A stretch of DNA of 64,000 nucleotides from assembly GCA_963785235.1 (NCBI GenBank), contig CAWAUM010000012.1, forward strand, positions 192,001 through 256,000. The letters run 5' to 3'. Within the stretch, counting starts at the first letter, position 1. The number at the start of each line of letters is the position of its first letter. The notes beneath the pieces are model-generated. The model was not told where the DNA came from. It worked only from the letters and a program-made list of their open reading frames with translations, and made no database searches. Positions 10,554 to 20,711 of this stretch are shown in pieces. This stretch comes from an uncultured delta proteobacterium. Its GTDB lineage: Bacteria > Desulfobacterota > Desulfomonilia > UBA1062. Made by a program: the position numbers and the translations under genes.

Positions 10554-11720
10554 GTGATGAGAAATCGTGGTATGATTCTGTTGGTGGTGCTGTTCGCATC
10601 GGCGCTGCTGAGCCTTGCATATGCCGAAGATATAACTGTCAAAGAAAGCAATGAGCTTGCACAAAACAATACATCCCATGAGGGGAACAACATGAAGCTT
10701 TCTGACAAGAAGCCCGGAGGTATAACCAGATTCGAAAAGGTCCCTGCTGATGAAGGACTCCTGATCAAAGACATGGAAAATATATTACAAGAAAAGATGT
10801 CTAAAGATTATCCCGCAGGCCTTACCAGACGTGACGCGCATCCGAAATCACTGGCCTGCCTGCAGGCGGAATTCATTGTGGAACCAAACATTCCATCAGA
10901 GCTTAAGAAGGGAATGTTCGCGCTTCCCCAAACTTATCCAGCCTGGATTCGAGTTTCCAGTGCAAGCGGCACGATCCAGTCGGACAAAGCCAAAGACCTG
11001 CGTGGTTTTGCCATAAAAATCATGGGTGTGAAAGGGGAGCGTTTCCAGACGCACAACAATGAGAAAGAAACACAGGACTTTGTATTCCTGAGCTATCCGA
11101 CCATGCCCTTGGGAACGGTCAAACTGTTCCATGACGCGGTGTACTACAGCATCAAATGGTCGCCCCTGGTCTTTTTAACCCGTCTGGTCGTGTCCGGCGA
11201 TTTCCATATAATTAACGAACTGCGCAAGGCAAGGCAAAACCAGACCTCTCCGTTGGACATCCGCTATTGGAGCACGACCCCTTATCTATGCGGGACAGAT
11301 CTCATTGTAAAATATTCCCTCGTTCCCACTTCGCGCATAAAAAGCTCCCTGCCGCCAGAACTTACCGATCATTATCTCACTGAAAATATGGAAAAACACC
11401 TGGCAGCAACTGAGGCAAGCTTTGATTTCATGATTCAAGTTCAAAAAGACCCTTGCCGGATGCCGGTTGAGGATGCCGGAGTGGAATGGAGCGAAGAGGA
11501 ATCCCCCTTTATCAAAGTGGCAACACTTCACATCCCTGCCCAGACTTTCCGAACCAAGGAACGTGAGGAACTGGCTGAGGATCTGTCCTTCTCCCCGGCC
11601 CATTCCCTGATTGAGCATCGACCCATCGGAGGTATCAACCGGGCCAGGGTTGAAATTTACCAGTACTTATCCGAATTCCGCCATAAGCAGAACAACAAGG
11701 AACTGATAGAACCTCACTAG
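10554..11720 (+). CDS. Secreted catalase-superfamily heme protein (short catalase-related type)
   Basis: Signal peptide; RRDAHPK distal His, DLRGFAIK, QDF, INRAR..IY proximal Tyr. Confidence 0.8.
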   Translation: MMRNRGMILLVVLFASALLSLAYAEDITVKESNELAQNNTSHEGNNMKLSDKKPGGITRFEKVPADEGLLIKDMENILQEKMSKDYPAGLTRRDAHPKSLACLQAEFIVEPNIPSELKKGMFALPQTYPAWIRVSSASGTIQSDKAKDLRGFAIKIMGVKGERFQTHNNEKETQDFVFLSYPTMPLGTVKLFHDAVYYSIKWSPLVFLTRLVVSGDFHIINELRKARQNQTSPLDIRYWSTTPYLCGTDLIVKYSLVPTSRIKSSLPPELTDHYLTENMEKHLAATEASFDFMIQVQKDPCRMPVEDAGVEWSEEESPFIKVATLHIPAQTFRTKEREELAEDLSFSPAHSLIEHRPIGGINRARVEIYQYLSEFRHKQNNKELIEPH

Positions 11721-12000
11721 TAACCGGAGGGAGGTGGCACGTTGAATTTCCACCTGTCCTTATACGGAAGGTCTGGCCAAGAAAAGCTAGGCTTTTTGCC
11801 AAACCATAGAAGGACTACTGAAATCCTACCCTATGCTCAGGATGACACTGTCATTAAAAACCAGGGCTTGGTTAATCGGGAGAGTTATCCTGTCTTCCAA
11901 CAGGATGTTGAACAGGAATCGGAGAGATCATGCTATCAGGGTTACTCGGCATTATGATAGATTCATTCGCTATGAAATCCCATGACAACAGGAGAACACC

Positions 12001-12747
12001 ATGGACTGGATGATGCAACCCGAGATGTGGCTTGCCCTGGTTACCCTTACAGCCATCGAGATCGTGCTCGGCATCGACAACATCGTCTTTCTCTCCATCA
12101 TGGTGGGAAAGCTCCCCACCGGGCAACAGCGCAGTGCGAGGATTTTCGGACTGGGGCTTGCCATGTTCACACGGATCCTGCTCCTGATCTTCCTCACCGC
12201 CATGCTCCGCCTGACCAGACCGTTGTTCGTCATACTGGGCAACGCCTTCTCGGGGCGTGATCTCATCTTGATTGCCGGCGGCCTTTTCCTGCTGGCCAAG
12301 AGCACCTTTGAGATCCACGACAATCTCGAAGGCACGGGTGTTCAGCAAACAGGATCGCCAAGAGGTTCCTATTTCGGCGTCATTATCCAGATCGCCATCC
12401 TCGATATCGTGTTCTCTCTGGATTCCGTGATTACGGCCATAGGCCTTGCCAAGGAGATCATGGTCATGGTCACGGCCATCATTATTGCCGTGGTCTTCAT
12501 GATGGCGCTCTCCGGCACCGTGATCCGGTTCATCGAGCACCACCCCACCATCAAGATGCTGGCATTGAGTTTTCTGCTGCTCATCGGGATGGCGCTTATA
12601 GGAGACGGGCTGGGCATGCACATCCCCAAGGGATATATCTATTTTGCCATGACTTTTTCCGTTTTCGTGGAGATCCTCAATACGAAATTACGCGGTTCGG
12701 ATAAAGAGCCGGTACATCTCAGAAGGTCTGCCGAGGACGATTCTTAG
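12001..12747 (+). CDS. TerC family membrane protein
   Basis: EIVLGIDNIVF, DIVFSLDSVITA, PKGYIYFAM motifs. Confidence 0.93.
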   Translation: MDWMMQPEMWLALVTLTAIEIVLGIDNIVFLSIMVGKLPTGQQRSARIFGLGLAMFTRILLLIFLTAMLRLTRPLFVILGNAFSGRDLILIAGGLFLLAKSTFEIHDNLEGTGVQQTGSPRGSYFGVIIQIAILDIVFSLDSVITAIGLAKEIMVMVTAIIIAVVFMMALSGTVIRFIEHHPTIKMLALSFLLLIGMALIGDGLGMHIPKGYIYFAMTFSVFVEILNTKLRGSDKEPVHLRRSAEDDS

Positions 12748-12761
12748 CAAGGAGTACCCAA

Positions 12762-13310
12762 ATGAAAAGACTGATCCTTTTGGTTTTGCCCATCTCATTA
12801 CTTTTCATTACGCTGTCCATCACCAATGCAGCGGCTGATCAATGCCCGGATGCCGTCATAAAAGCCATGAAGGACGAAGGATTGTCCGAGAGCCAGATCA
12901 GAAGCATCTGTATAAAAGCCGAATCTTATGCACAGAAAAAAAGCCCCGTCTTCACCCCGGAAAAGATTGAACAGGACCTTGTAGGCAGAAGCATAGGCCC
13001 TGAAACTGATGTAAAGGTAAAAAGCAAACCGGGCAACCGTTCAGGAACCAGTACGAAATCATCATCCGCATCACCCGGGACGCCTTCTTATGACGCCTTT
13101 GTTACCGTCCCAATGGGAATACGGTTCGATGAGACGAATATCCAGGGCATAAAGATACTTGATACAAAAGTGAAAGGCAGCAAGGCCCAGGTCGTTGCCC
13201 ATGTGGACACGGTTTCAAGTTATGCGGGCAGGCTTCGGTTGTATTACGAATTTATAGCAGGCCAGTGGACCCTGTTACAGATAGAAAACCTGGACTTCAG
13301 GGAGCAGTAG
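12762..13310 (+). CDS. Hypothetical exported protein
   Basis: AAGGAG RBS, Sec signal peptide, two Cys, Ser/Thr-rich linker. Confidence 0.7.
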   Translation: MKRLILLVLPISLLFITLSITNAAADQCPDAVIKAMKDEGLSESQIRSICIKAESYAQKKSPVFTPEKIEQDLVGRSIGPETDVKVKSKPGNRSGTSTKSSSASPGTPSYDAFVTVPMGIRFDETNIQGIKILDTKVKGSKAQVVAHVDTVSSYAGRLRLYYEFIAGQWTLLQIENLDFREQ

Positions 13311-13351
13311 GGGCCCGGACCATCATCTGTGTAAAATTCCATGGCCGGATT

Positions 13352-13717
13352 TCAGCCTGAAAAGCAATCCACATCCCCATTGTAGATATTGATGCGGATG
13401 ATGCAGTCGCCGGGAACGGGATTTTCAGGATACTGCCAGTACCTGCCCACAAGGCTGAGCTGCCCCTGGCAGGCGCAGTCGCTGCTCCGCATGATGTAGT
13501 AGGCATCATCCTCGTCGATAGGTAGCCATACCGGACGGTCGAGACTGATCACAAGGGAAAGGCCGTGTTCGTCAAAGCGTATCACCACGGATGTGGCAAG
13601 TTCATCGGAATCGGTGATTACACATGCTGCTAAAATCATCGGCACAGCAAGCGCCATGGCCTTCAGCCATGGCCTTGACCGACGAATGCGCACAGTCTGC
13701 TGCACATCATTTTCCAT
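13352..13717 (-). CDS. Hypothetical lipoprotein
   Basis: 3' part of ORF 13352..14101; start overlaps the DUF362 gene stop; lipobox LAAC; several Cys. Confidence 0.55.
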   Translation of the reverse strand: MENDVQQTVRIRRSRPWLKAMALAVPMILAACVITDSDELATSVVIRFDEHGLSLVISLDRPVWLPIDEDDAYYIMRSSDCACQGQLSLVGRYWQYPENPVPGDCIIRINIYNGDVDCFSG

Positions 13718-14729
13718 GAAACCCGATCTCCTGTGCATAGGAGAACTGGCGCTGCCAGGGCAGATATGAATGGGCCTTGGTAATGATGTCCGCCCCGACC
13801 CGTGAAACAGAATCGGCATCCAAGGCGACCGGGTGGTACCCTCCTGTGAACCCGATATCGCCTGCAATAATATCGGTCTTACCGGGGAGGCAGTCGCACT
13901 CGGCGCTGATCTTGATGAGCGCATTGATGAGCACGGTCTTTTTGCCGATGATCCGCCATATGGCGGCAGCCGTTTCCATGAGCTTCTCCTGGAACGCGTC
14001 ATGATCTCCGCCCCACAGTATCCGCAATGCCAGTTCCGGACACTGGGCAATGCACTGGGCGCACCCGATACAGGTGTCCAGGTCATAGGTAGGATACTCA
14101 CCTTCTTTTATACTGGCCGCACCAGTGGGGCAGACTTCGGTACAGATCCCGCACCTGGTGCACTTTTTCTTGCTGAGTATGGGCTTCACATCCGCGTGCA
14201 TGCGCTGCTTCTGGGCACGGGACGCGAACCCCATGGAGATATTCTTGATGGCACCGCCAAAGCCGGAAGCGAGATGCCCCTTGAAATGGGAAAAGATGAC
14301 GAAACCGTCGGTCTTCTCTACAAGGGCGGTCACCTGGGCGGTCTTGAAGTGCTTATACACTGCAGGGATATCGATTATGTCGCGGCCGTCAAGACCATCT
14401 GCAATGACTACAGGGCAGCCGAGGAACTCCTCGGTATATCCATGCTGCTTAGCCGTCTCTAAAGAGTCCTTGCCGGTACGCCTGCTGCCTGAATAGAGCA
14501 CCGAGGTGTCAAAGATGAAGGGCTTGCATCCCTTTGATGAAAGCCAGCGTACAACCTCCCGGGCATAGACCGGGTCCAGGAAGCTGTGATTGCCCAGCTC
14601 CCCCCAGTGGAGCTTTATGCCAACAGAGCTGCCTTGAGAGAAGGGATGATCCAGGGTCTCAAGGAGTGTGCGTAATGACGAGATGGCCCCCTGCTCAGTT
14701 CCGTCGGTTTTCTGAAAAAGTATATTCAT
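13707..14729 (-). CDS. DUF362 domain Fe-S protein with 2x[4Fe-4S] ferredoxin domain
   Basis: IKLHWGE, SHFKGH, GGAIKNISMG, CTRCGICTEVCP, CIGCAQCIAQCP, CDC. Confidence 0.9.
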   Translation of the reverse strand: MNILFQKTDGTEQGAISSLRTLLETLDHPFSQGSSVGIKLHWGELGNHSFLDPVYAREVVRWLSSKGCKPFIFDTSVLYSGSRRTGKDSLETAKQHGYTEEFLGCPVVIADGLDGRDIIDIPAVYKHFKTAQVTALVEKTDGFVIFSHFKGHLASGFGGAIKNISMGFASRAQKQRMHADVKPILSKKKCTRCGICTEVCPTGAASIKEGEYPTYDLDTCIGCAQCIAQCPELALRILWGGDHDAFQEKLMETAAAIWRIIGKKTVLINALIKISAECDCLPGKTDIIAGDIGFTGGYHPVALDADSVSRVGADIITKAHSYLPWQRQFSYAQEIGFHGK

Positions 14730-14817
14730 AGCACCTTCCTTATAGATCTATGATATGTGTTCTTCCAGTGTGACAAATTCTACGAGTTTGTCAACAGAGC
14801 CATTGATTCATATGCCG

Positions 14818-15468
14818 CTAGTCACTCTTCCCAAGGAACTCCAGCGCCTTCCTCGCGAGCATGCACTTTTTCACATGAGGCAGGTAGAGCCTGGATATTT
14901 CTCCTGTGTTGCCATCAAAGATGTTCACATAGTCCCTGCCCGTGAGATTTCTGCCGTATATCCCCACCTGGATAATGACAGGCTCATTGGCATTCCCGGT
15001 CTGATGGATGCCCTTGTTCAAGGGAAAGATGGAATATGTCCGGCCGGTGGGAATGAATTGCCGCGAGCACTCTTCCAGCTCTGCATGGCCCTGGTCTGAT
15101 CCGTCATCGAGGCGTCTGTAGTTGATGATATCCAGCGTCCCCAGTGCCGTGCCGATGACACCCCAGGAGTTGTGGTCGTGAATGGGGTCGTAATCACCTT
15201 GCCCCCACAGGTACAACCTCACGGAAAACATCCTCTCAGGGTCACGATAGAGAACAATCTCGCTTTCGAACATGGTTGCGGATTTTACATCCGGGTAAGG
15301 GGACTGGTTTATGATGGCACTCAAGAGCGATTTGAAGAGCGCTTTGTCTTTCAGGAGAACAGGAAGCTCAGTAATAATGAACTCCCGTTGCTTACCAGTG
15401 TCTTTGAGGGCCTTTATTTCCTGTGACCATCTCGTGAAGTGATCAAGAATATCGAGTTTCATCTGCAT
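14818..15468 (-). CDS. Cysteine dioxygenase-like cupin
   Basis: W..G...PIHDHNSWG and a later IH: 3-His facial triad pattern. Confidence 0.75.
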   Translation of the reverse strand: MQMKLDILDHFTRWSQEIKALKDTGKQREFIITELPVLLKDKALFKSLLSAIINQSPYPDVKSATMFESEIVLYRDPERMFSVRLYLWGQGDYDPIHDHNSWGVIGTALGTLDIINYRRLDDGSDQGHAELEECSRQFIPTGRTYSIFPLNKGIHQTGNANEPVIIQVGIYGRNLTGRDYVNIFDGNTGEISRLYLPHVKKCMLARKALEFLGKSD

Positions 15469-15489
15469 GGCATGAGTACCTCTCCCATG

Positions 15490-17413
15490 TTAATCATTCT
15501 CCAGGCGTACATACTGATCATAGAATGCACCGCCGGTGCCCATGTCGGTAAGGCTCGGATCAATAAGCCGGTTTATACCCCCGCCAAGCCTCATCCAGTC
15601 TCCCCTGCGGTAAAGGGCCGCTTCCGGGTGGAGGCCTTCAAGGACCGCCACACGCACACGCATGCGCCCCAGGGGGGAGACAAGGAAAACCGGCCGGGTC
15701 ATGATCAATCATTGTCAGGGCGGCGCAGTCCGGGGCAATCCACAACTTTGGCGGCATATCCTGGTCTTCCGGCAGGATCTGAGAATGCATTGCTCCTTTC
15801 CGAATAAGGCTCAGGAGCCGCAAGGGGTATTCAGGCGCTGGCACAGGCTCGTCGTGAAGGACCTCGGGGAAATGATATTTTTCGTCTTTATGGCCAAAAA
15901 TCATCCCCTCATAAGCAACCTCGGGCCTCTTCGCCTTAACAAAACCCTGCTGCTTCAGTTCGTCCAAGGTTATGCCAAGCCAGGGCGTATTCAGGGATTG
16001 CTCCATGCACGTCCGGGCATCAGGAAGTACTACAGGCGGGTCCAGCCTTTTTCCCAGCTCTGTGAAGATCCGGAAATCGCTTCTCGCCTGCCCCGGAGGA
16101 TCCAGAACAGGCCTGGCATAGTGGACATAATCATGCAGGTAGGATGCTACGACATCCTCCTGCTCCAGCATGAGTGTGGACGGCAGGATAAGGTCGGCCC
16201 TTGAGGCGGTATCGGTCATGAATGCATCCACCACCACCTTGAACTCGATGCCCTCGAAGGCGGCAGCGTTGGCCCTGGCCCCTGCGGCCTGGTTGACCAT
16301 ATTCGCCCCGTCTACCCAGATCATCCTTACAGGCGGATTATCCGCCTGTGCTATTTCCTGACCGATGAGCGGCATGCGAAAGGCCCTTGATGCACCCCCA
16401 CGTTCCACCTGGGTCCAGGAGAGATTGAAGTTTCTCAAAGAACTCAGATGGAAAAAGCTTCCCCCACCTTTAATACCCATATTGCCGGAGAGCATGGCAA
16501 GGGCATTGATGAACCGCACTGTTTCCCCCCCATAGCCATACCTCTGGAGGCCGGCGCTTATGATGGTGGCCGTGGGGCGCTTATCCGTATAAAAATCCAA
16601 GACGAGCTCTGCCTCGTTCCGGGAAACTCCGCAGGCCTTGAGAAGGTCGCCTGGATTGCGTCCGAGAACAAGGCGGGAAAATGTATAAAGGTTATGGGAA
16701 TGTCCTTTAACCCCTTTACGTATCTCGTGACGTTCCATGAAGAGCCATGCTACAGCAGCTGCCAGGAACCTGTCCGTACCAGGCCGAATGCGGATCATGA
16801 AATCAGAATGCCCTTCATTCAGGTCGCCGCCAGGGGATATGGTGAGCACCTTTGCGCCCTGCGCCCTGGCCTTCCTGAGGAAAAATGCCGTGTGGATCGA
16901 GCTTCGCAGGAGATCCCTGCCCCAGTTGACGATTGCTCTTGCATCAAAGATCGTCGAGATGTCGCTGCCCTCATTGGAACCGAAGTCTTTCCTGCACGCG
17001 CTGTATCCTGCAGCATCGCACAGCGATCCCCGTAAATAACTTGTCCCGAGCAGTCTGAAAAACAGGTGTCCTGCCTGCTTGAGAGCCCCCTTGGCACCTT
17101 CACCGTGGAAGTACAGGATCGATGCAGGCTCGCCCCGGTAAGCCTGGATCTTCTGCACGCAGATGTCCAAGGCCTTGTCCCAGTCGATTCGCTCCCAGGT
17201 CTCACCGGTCCTGAGCATGGGAAAGGTTATACGCTCGCGACTCTCGATCCTGCGGAGAAGGGCATGCATCTTGGGGCAGGCAAATCCTCTTGTGATGGGA
17301 TGATCAGGATTGCCCTTGATGCGGATCCGGCCATCAGGCCGTTTAGAGACAACTAAGGAACAGGCATCGGGGCAGTCCATGGTGCAGGCGGTTATGGCAC
17401 TGCAGAGGCTCAT
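15490..17413 (-). CDS. Molybdopterin oxidoreductase (frameshift near 15700)
   Basis: CTMDCPDAC...GFACPK Fe-S motif, D.FMTDTA..AD.ILP; the C-terminal dinucleotide-binding domain continues in ORF 15490..15708. Confidence 0.85.
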
Positions 17414-17493
17414 ACATTATGGATACTGTGTAAGCCGGTCGCAGATCAAGGGGAAACCGGTGATGCATGGTGAGATAGATGGTAGTCTGGATC

Positions 17494-17641
17494 TGATGGA
17501 GTTGTTTTTTCAAATAGGTCCGTAAAAAATCTTCATCTTGCAGCCTTGAAGGACTGATAAAATTAGCGTTCCATGGAAGCTGCAAGATGAAGATTTTTTA
17601 CGGATCAGGTTTCTATGCCCCTTAAACGTAAACTCAGGGTT
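17494..17641 (+). repeat. Intergenic hairpin repeat element (copy B)
   Basis: Perfect 26-bp inverted repeat 17519-17544 / 17579-17604, homologous to copy A. Confidence 0.85.
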
Positions 17642-17723
17642 GATACCTTATAGATACACCTGCTCTATCCATCCTGACTTGTTGGGTTTCGCAGACTCAA
17701 TCCAAACGACAGACTGCTTATTT

Positions 17724-18032
17724 CTACTGTCTCAAATTCCTCGGCGAGCACAGCACATAAGACTGTAACGGGACTCGATAGAGTTGCACTGTTATGCCCT
17801 GGATGGGGTTCACCTCCATTGCAACAAAGCGCCGCGCGAGCTCTTTTTTCAATCGGCCTATACTCTCGTTAAGATACCATGCCCTGTCATCCTTGGCCAA
17901 TCCCAGTAAATTCCTGACCTCAGTGGGGGGCAGTATGAATCCCTGGCATTGAAATTTCAGAAGCTCCATGATGGAGGCCGCTGCGCTTTTGCATCTTTTC
18001 CCTGATTCAGTCATTACATGCCCATTTAACAT
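17724..18032 (-). CDS. Hypothetical protein, probably sigma54-dependent
   Basis: About 100-aa ORF with purine-rich RBS; sigma54 motif upstream. Start may instead be GTG 18050. Confidence 0.55.
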   Translation of the reverse strand: MLNGHVMTESGKRCKSAAASIMELLKFQCQGFILPPTEVRNLLGLAKDDRAWYLNESIGRLKKELARRFVAMEVNPIQGITVQLYRVPLQSYVLCSPRNLRQ

Positions 18033-18098
18033 CGCACCACCCCTTTTCACCCGATAGGGTATGTACTGTAAAAAGAAACATTTTCAATAGGTTAAAGA

Positions 18099-18113
18099 GC
18101 AATGTCCATGCCA
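18099..18113 (-). promoter_or_regulatory. Sigma54 (-24/-12) promoter
   Basis: Minus strand TGGCATGGACATTGC (GG-N10-GC) with an AT-rich region upstream. Confidence 0.7.
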
Positions 18114-18315
18114 TTAATATTTCTCTATGTTTTCAATATATTAAATGCAATGCGCTGAGTAAACTTGCGGACGAGAGAATATGTTTACCTATGCTTGGGA
18201 TAATTAATTACCACTATTGTATTATTTAAATGATATCAGCTAGTTCAAGGTGCTGTTTTAAGATACATTAAACTGCTATATTTAATCAACCTGATTTCGT
18301 TATGTTATGTACTCT

Positions 18316-19530
18316 TTATGTTGAAACCCGGTTTCTTCCCTGTTTCTTTGCGCGGTAGAGTGCCTTATCTGCATCCTTGAGCACGTCATTGGGAGTCTTG
18401 GTGCGCTCATTGGGCCATGCCGCACCGATACTTATGGTGACCGAAACCCTCTGGGGACCCAACTTGCGCCTTCGAGGCGTCTTGGGTTTGCGCTTCGGCC
18501 TCATACGTGACCGGATGGCGAATTCAGCATGGGCTACGTCTTTTCTGAGATCCTCGAGATGAACCAGCGCATCATCCGCATGCCTGCCCGGAAAGATCAC
18601 GGTGAATTCCTCGCCGCCATAACGGAAGGCCTTCCCTCCACCAGTGACCTGTGCAAGCCTTGATGCTACCATCCGCAGCACCTGATCGCCAACATCGTGG
18701 CCATGTTTGTCGTTGAATTTCTTGAAGTGATCGATATCGAGCATGGCCAGGCAATAATCCCCCCCCAGCTTCAGGAGGTCTTCTTTCAGCGCCCTGCGTG
18801 CCGGAAGGCCTGTCAGCTCATCCTTGAAGGCCATGGCATGGGACACCTCGATTACCGACACAAGCAGAATAAAGGAGCCTGTGGCAAAATAGAAACCCAT
18901 CTGGAGCCTGTTATCCGTGCAAGCAAGGGCCATGAATATGACGCTGACGGCCCAGAAGAAACCGCTCTCCTTTGCGCTACGCTCCCGTATGTACATGAAG
19001 GTGATTATCAAGAGCGACAACAGGCACGCCATTGCCGGTATCTGGGGCACCCTCAGCAGGTGGAGAAACTGCCAGGGGAAAATTGAATACCCCAACAGCT
19101 CAACATATCGCTCTGGATTCCGCCCGGCAATAATGCCCACGAAAAAGGGTTGGGCAAGGATAAACACAAGCCGGATTATGCCCCTTGGGGTGAAGATCCC
19201 CCGCTCGCTCACCAGGGACAGGAAAAGCAGGTTAAGCGGCAGAAGCAGGGCTGCTGAAATATAGGCTATGCGCCAATAGATGTCGTGGTTCGGCAGCGCT
19301 GTGCCGAAATGCATAAGGCACCAATGTGTCAGGGCAATGGCTATGGTACCGAATACCAGGGTTGACCGGTTGAATCTCCACCCGAAGACGACTGCAACCA
19401 GGTAGGTAACTTGCGGATATATCTGCAGGATAGTACCCAGGTTTGCCTGAACCCCCTGAAGGTGCACGAGAAGCAGGGATACAAGCAGCAGCATACCCCC
19501 GGGCAGGAAAAATAACAGAACTTCCTTCAT
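18316..19530 (-). CDS. Membrane-bound diguanylate cyclase (GGDEF)
   Basis: Multiple TM helices; DELTGL, DIDHFKKFND, RYGGEEF, ADKALYRAK. Confidence 0.93.
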   Translation of the reverse strand: MKEVLLFFLPGGMLLLVSLLLVHLQGVQANLGTILQIYPQVTYLVAVVFGWRFNRSTLVFGTIAIALTHWCLMHFGTALPNHDIYWRIAYISAALLLPLNLLFLSLVSERGIFTPRGIIRLVFILAQPFFVGIIAGRNPERYVELLGYSIFPWQFLHLLRVPQIPAMACLLSLLIITFMYIRERSAKESGFFWAVSVIFMALACTDNRLQMGFYFATGSFILLVSVIEVSHAMAFKDELTGLPARRALKEDLLKLGGDYCLAMLDIDHFKKFNDKHGHDVGDQVLRMVASRLAQVTGGGKAFRYGGEEFTVIFPGRHADDALVHLEDLRKDVAHAEFAIRSRMRPKRKPKTPRRRKLGPQRVSVTISIGAAWPNERTKTPNDVLKDADKALYRAKKQGRNRVST

Positions 19531-19684
19531 GCTCCAACGCCTCTTCACAGGTGAATCTTTGTATTACAAAGGACCTCTATGACCACCTTAAGATATGTTA
19601 CGGCGTTCCCGGAAAAGAACTTGAATGCATGAGCGCCATACACGCCAATTGTCATTTTCAAAGAAAATCGCTACACTATGACCA

Positions 19685-20650
19685 ATGGATACCTTCTTCT
19701 ATGAAGCCTTTTCCGAAGAGGAAGAAGCCCTGCGCAGATACCTCCCGAACACTATCAGCGCCGGGTTCACCCATGAGACCATCCAGGAGTCCGGTCATAC
19801 CACCCCGCCTGCTGCCCTTATCAGCACACGGACCCAGTCCTTTATTCCACGTGAATGGGGCCGGCATATCAAGGGCATCCTGACCAGGAGCACAGGGTAC
19901 GACCATATCATCTCCTTTCTCACAGACCCAGGCAAACAGGTCCGGGCAGGCTATCTGCCCCTGTACTGCAGCCGGGCCGTGGCCGAGCAGGCCTTACTGC
20001 TCTGGCTCGGACTCATGAGAAAGATACGGTCTCAAATGGCCCACCTTCTCCATTTCAACCGCGACGAACTTACGGGCACAGAGTGTGCCGGCAAGACCCT
20101 GCTTGTGGTGGGGGTAGGCAACATTGGCTCAGAGGTGTGCCATATCGGGGAGGCCCTTGGCATGAACGTCTTCGGGGTAGATATCGTGAAGAGACATCCT
20201 TCCGTCAGCTATGTCTCTATTGATGAGGGTATCGTAAAGGCGGATGTGATCTGCTGCTCCATGAACCTGACAGACAAAAATCACGGCTACTTCACCTATG
20301 ACCTCCTGAAAAAAGCCAAACCGGGTGCTGTCTTCGTGAACATCGCCCGGGGAGAACTCTCTCCGGCATCCGTACTCCTGCGCCTGATCGCAGAAGGACT
20401 GCTTGGCGGTGTGGGGCTCGACGTCTATGAGAACGAAGGTGATCTTGCGGTAACCCTACGTTCGGGCATAACCCCTCATACTCCTGCAATGCGCTCTGTT
20501 CTCGATCTCGCAGGGCATGAGAATGTCATCCTGACCCCGCACAATGCCTTCAACACCACAGAATCAGTGGAACGCAAGGCACACATGAGCATAGAACAGC
20601 TCGGGCACTTTCTGAAGCACAAGGAGTTCATCTGGAAGGTTCAAGTCTGA
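19685..20650 (+). CDS. D-2-hydroxyacid dehydrogenase (D-lactate dehydrogenase-like)
   Basis: RSTGYDHI, GVGNIG, NIARG, LDVYE, TPHNAFNT. Confidence 0.9.
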   Translation: MDTFFYEAFSEEEEALRRYLPNTISAGFTHETIQESGHTTPPAALISTRTQSFIPREWGRHIKGILTRSTGYDHIISFLTDPGKQVRAGYLPLYCSRAVAEQALLLWLGLMRKIRSQMAHLLHFNRDELTGTECAGKTLLVVGVGNIGSEVCHIGEALGMNVFGVDIVKRHPSVSYVSIDEGIVKADVICCSMNLTDKNHGYFTYDLLKKAKPGAVFVNIARGELSPASVLLRLIAEGLLGGVGLDVYENEGDLAVTLRSGITPHTPAMRSVLDLAGHENVILTPHNAFNTTESVERKAHMSIEQLGHFLKHKEFIWKVQV

Positions 20651-20711
20651 GGATGACCGTACCCATGCAGGAAGTTGCAAAGCATACAATCAAGGGTTTT
20701 TATGCCTTACA

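Noticed and set aside
11818-11860. gaaatcctaccctatgctcaggatgacactgtcatt, resembling a REP-like 'gctcaggatgac' palindrome
   Set aside because: Single degenerate half-copy with no partner in the window.
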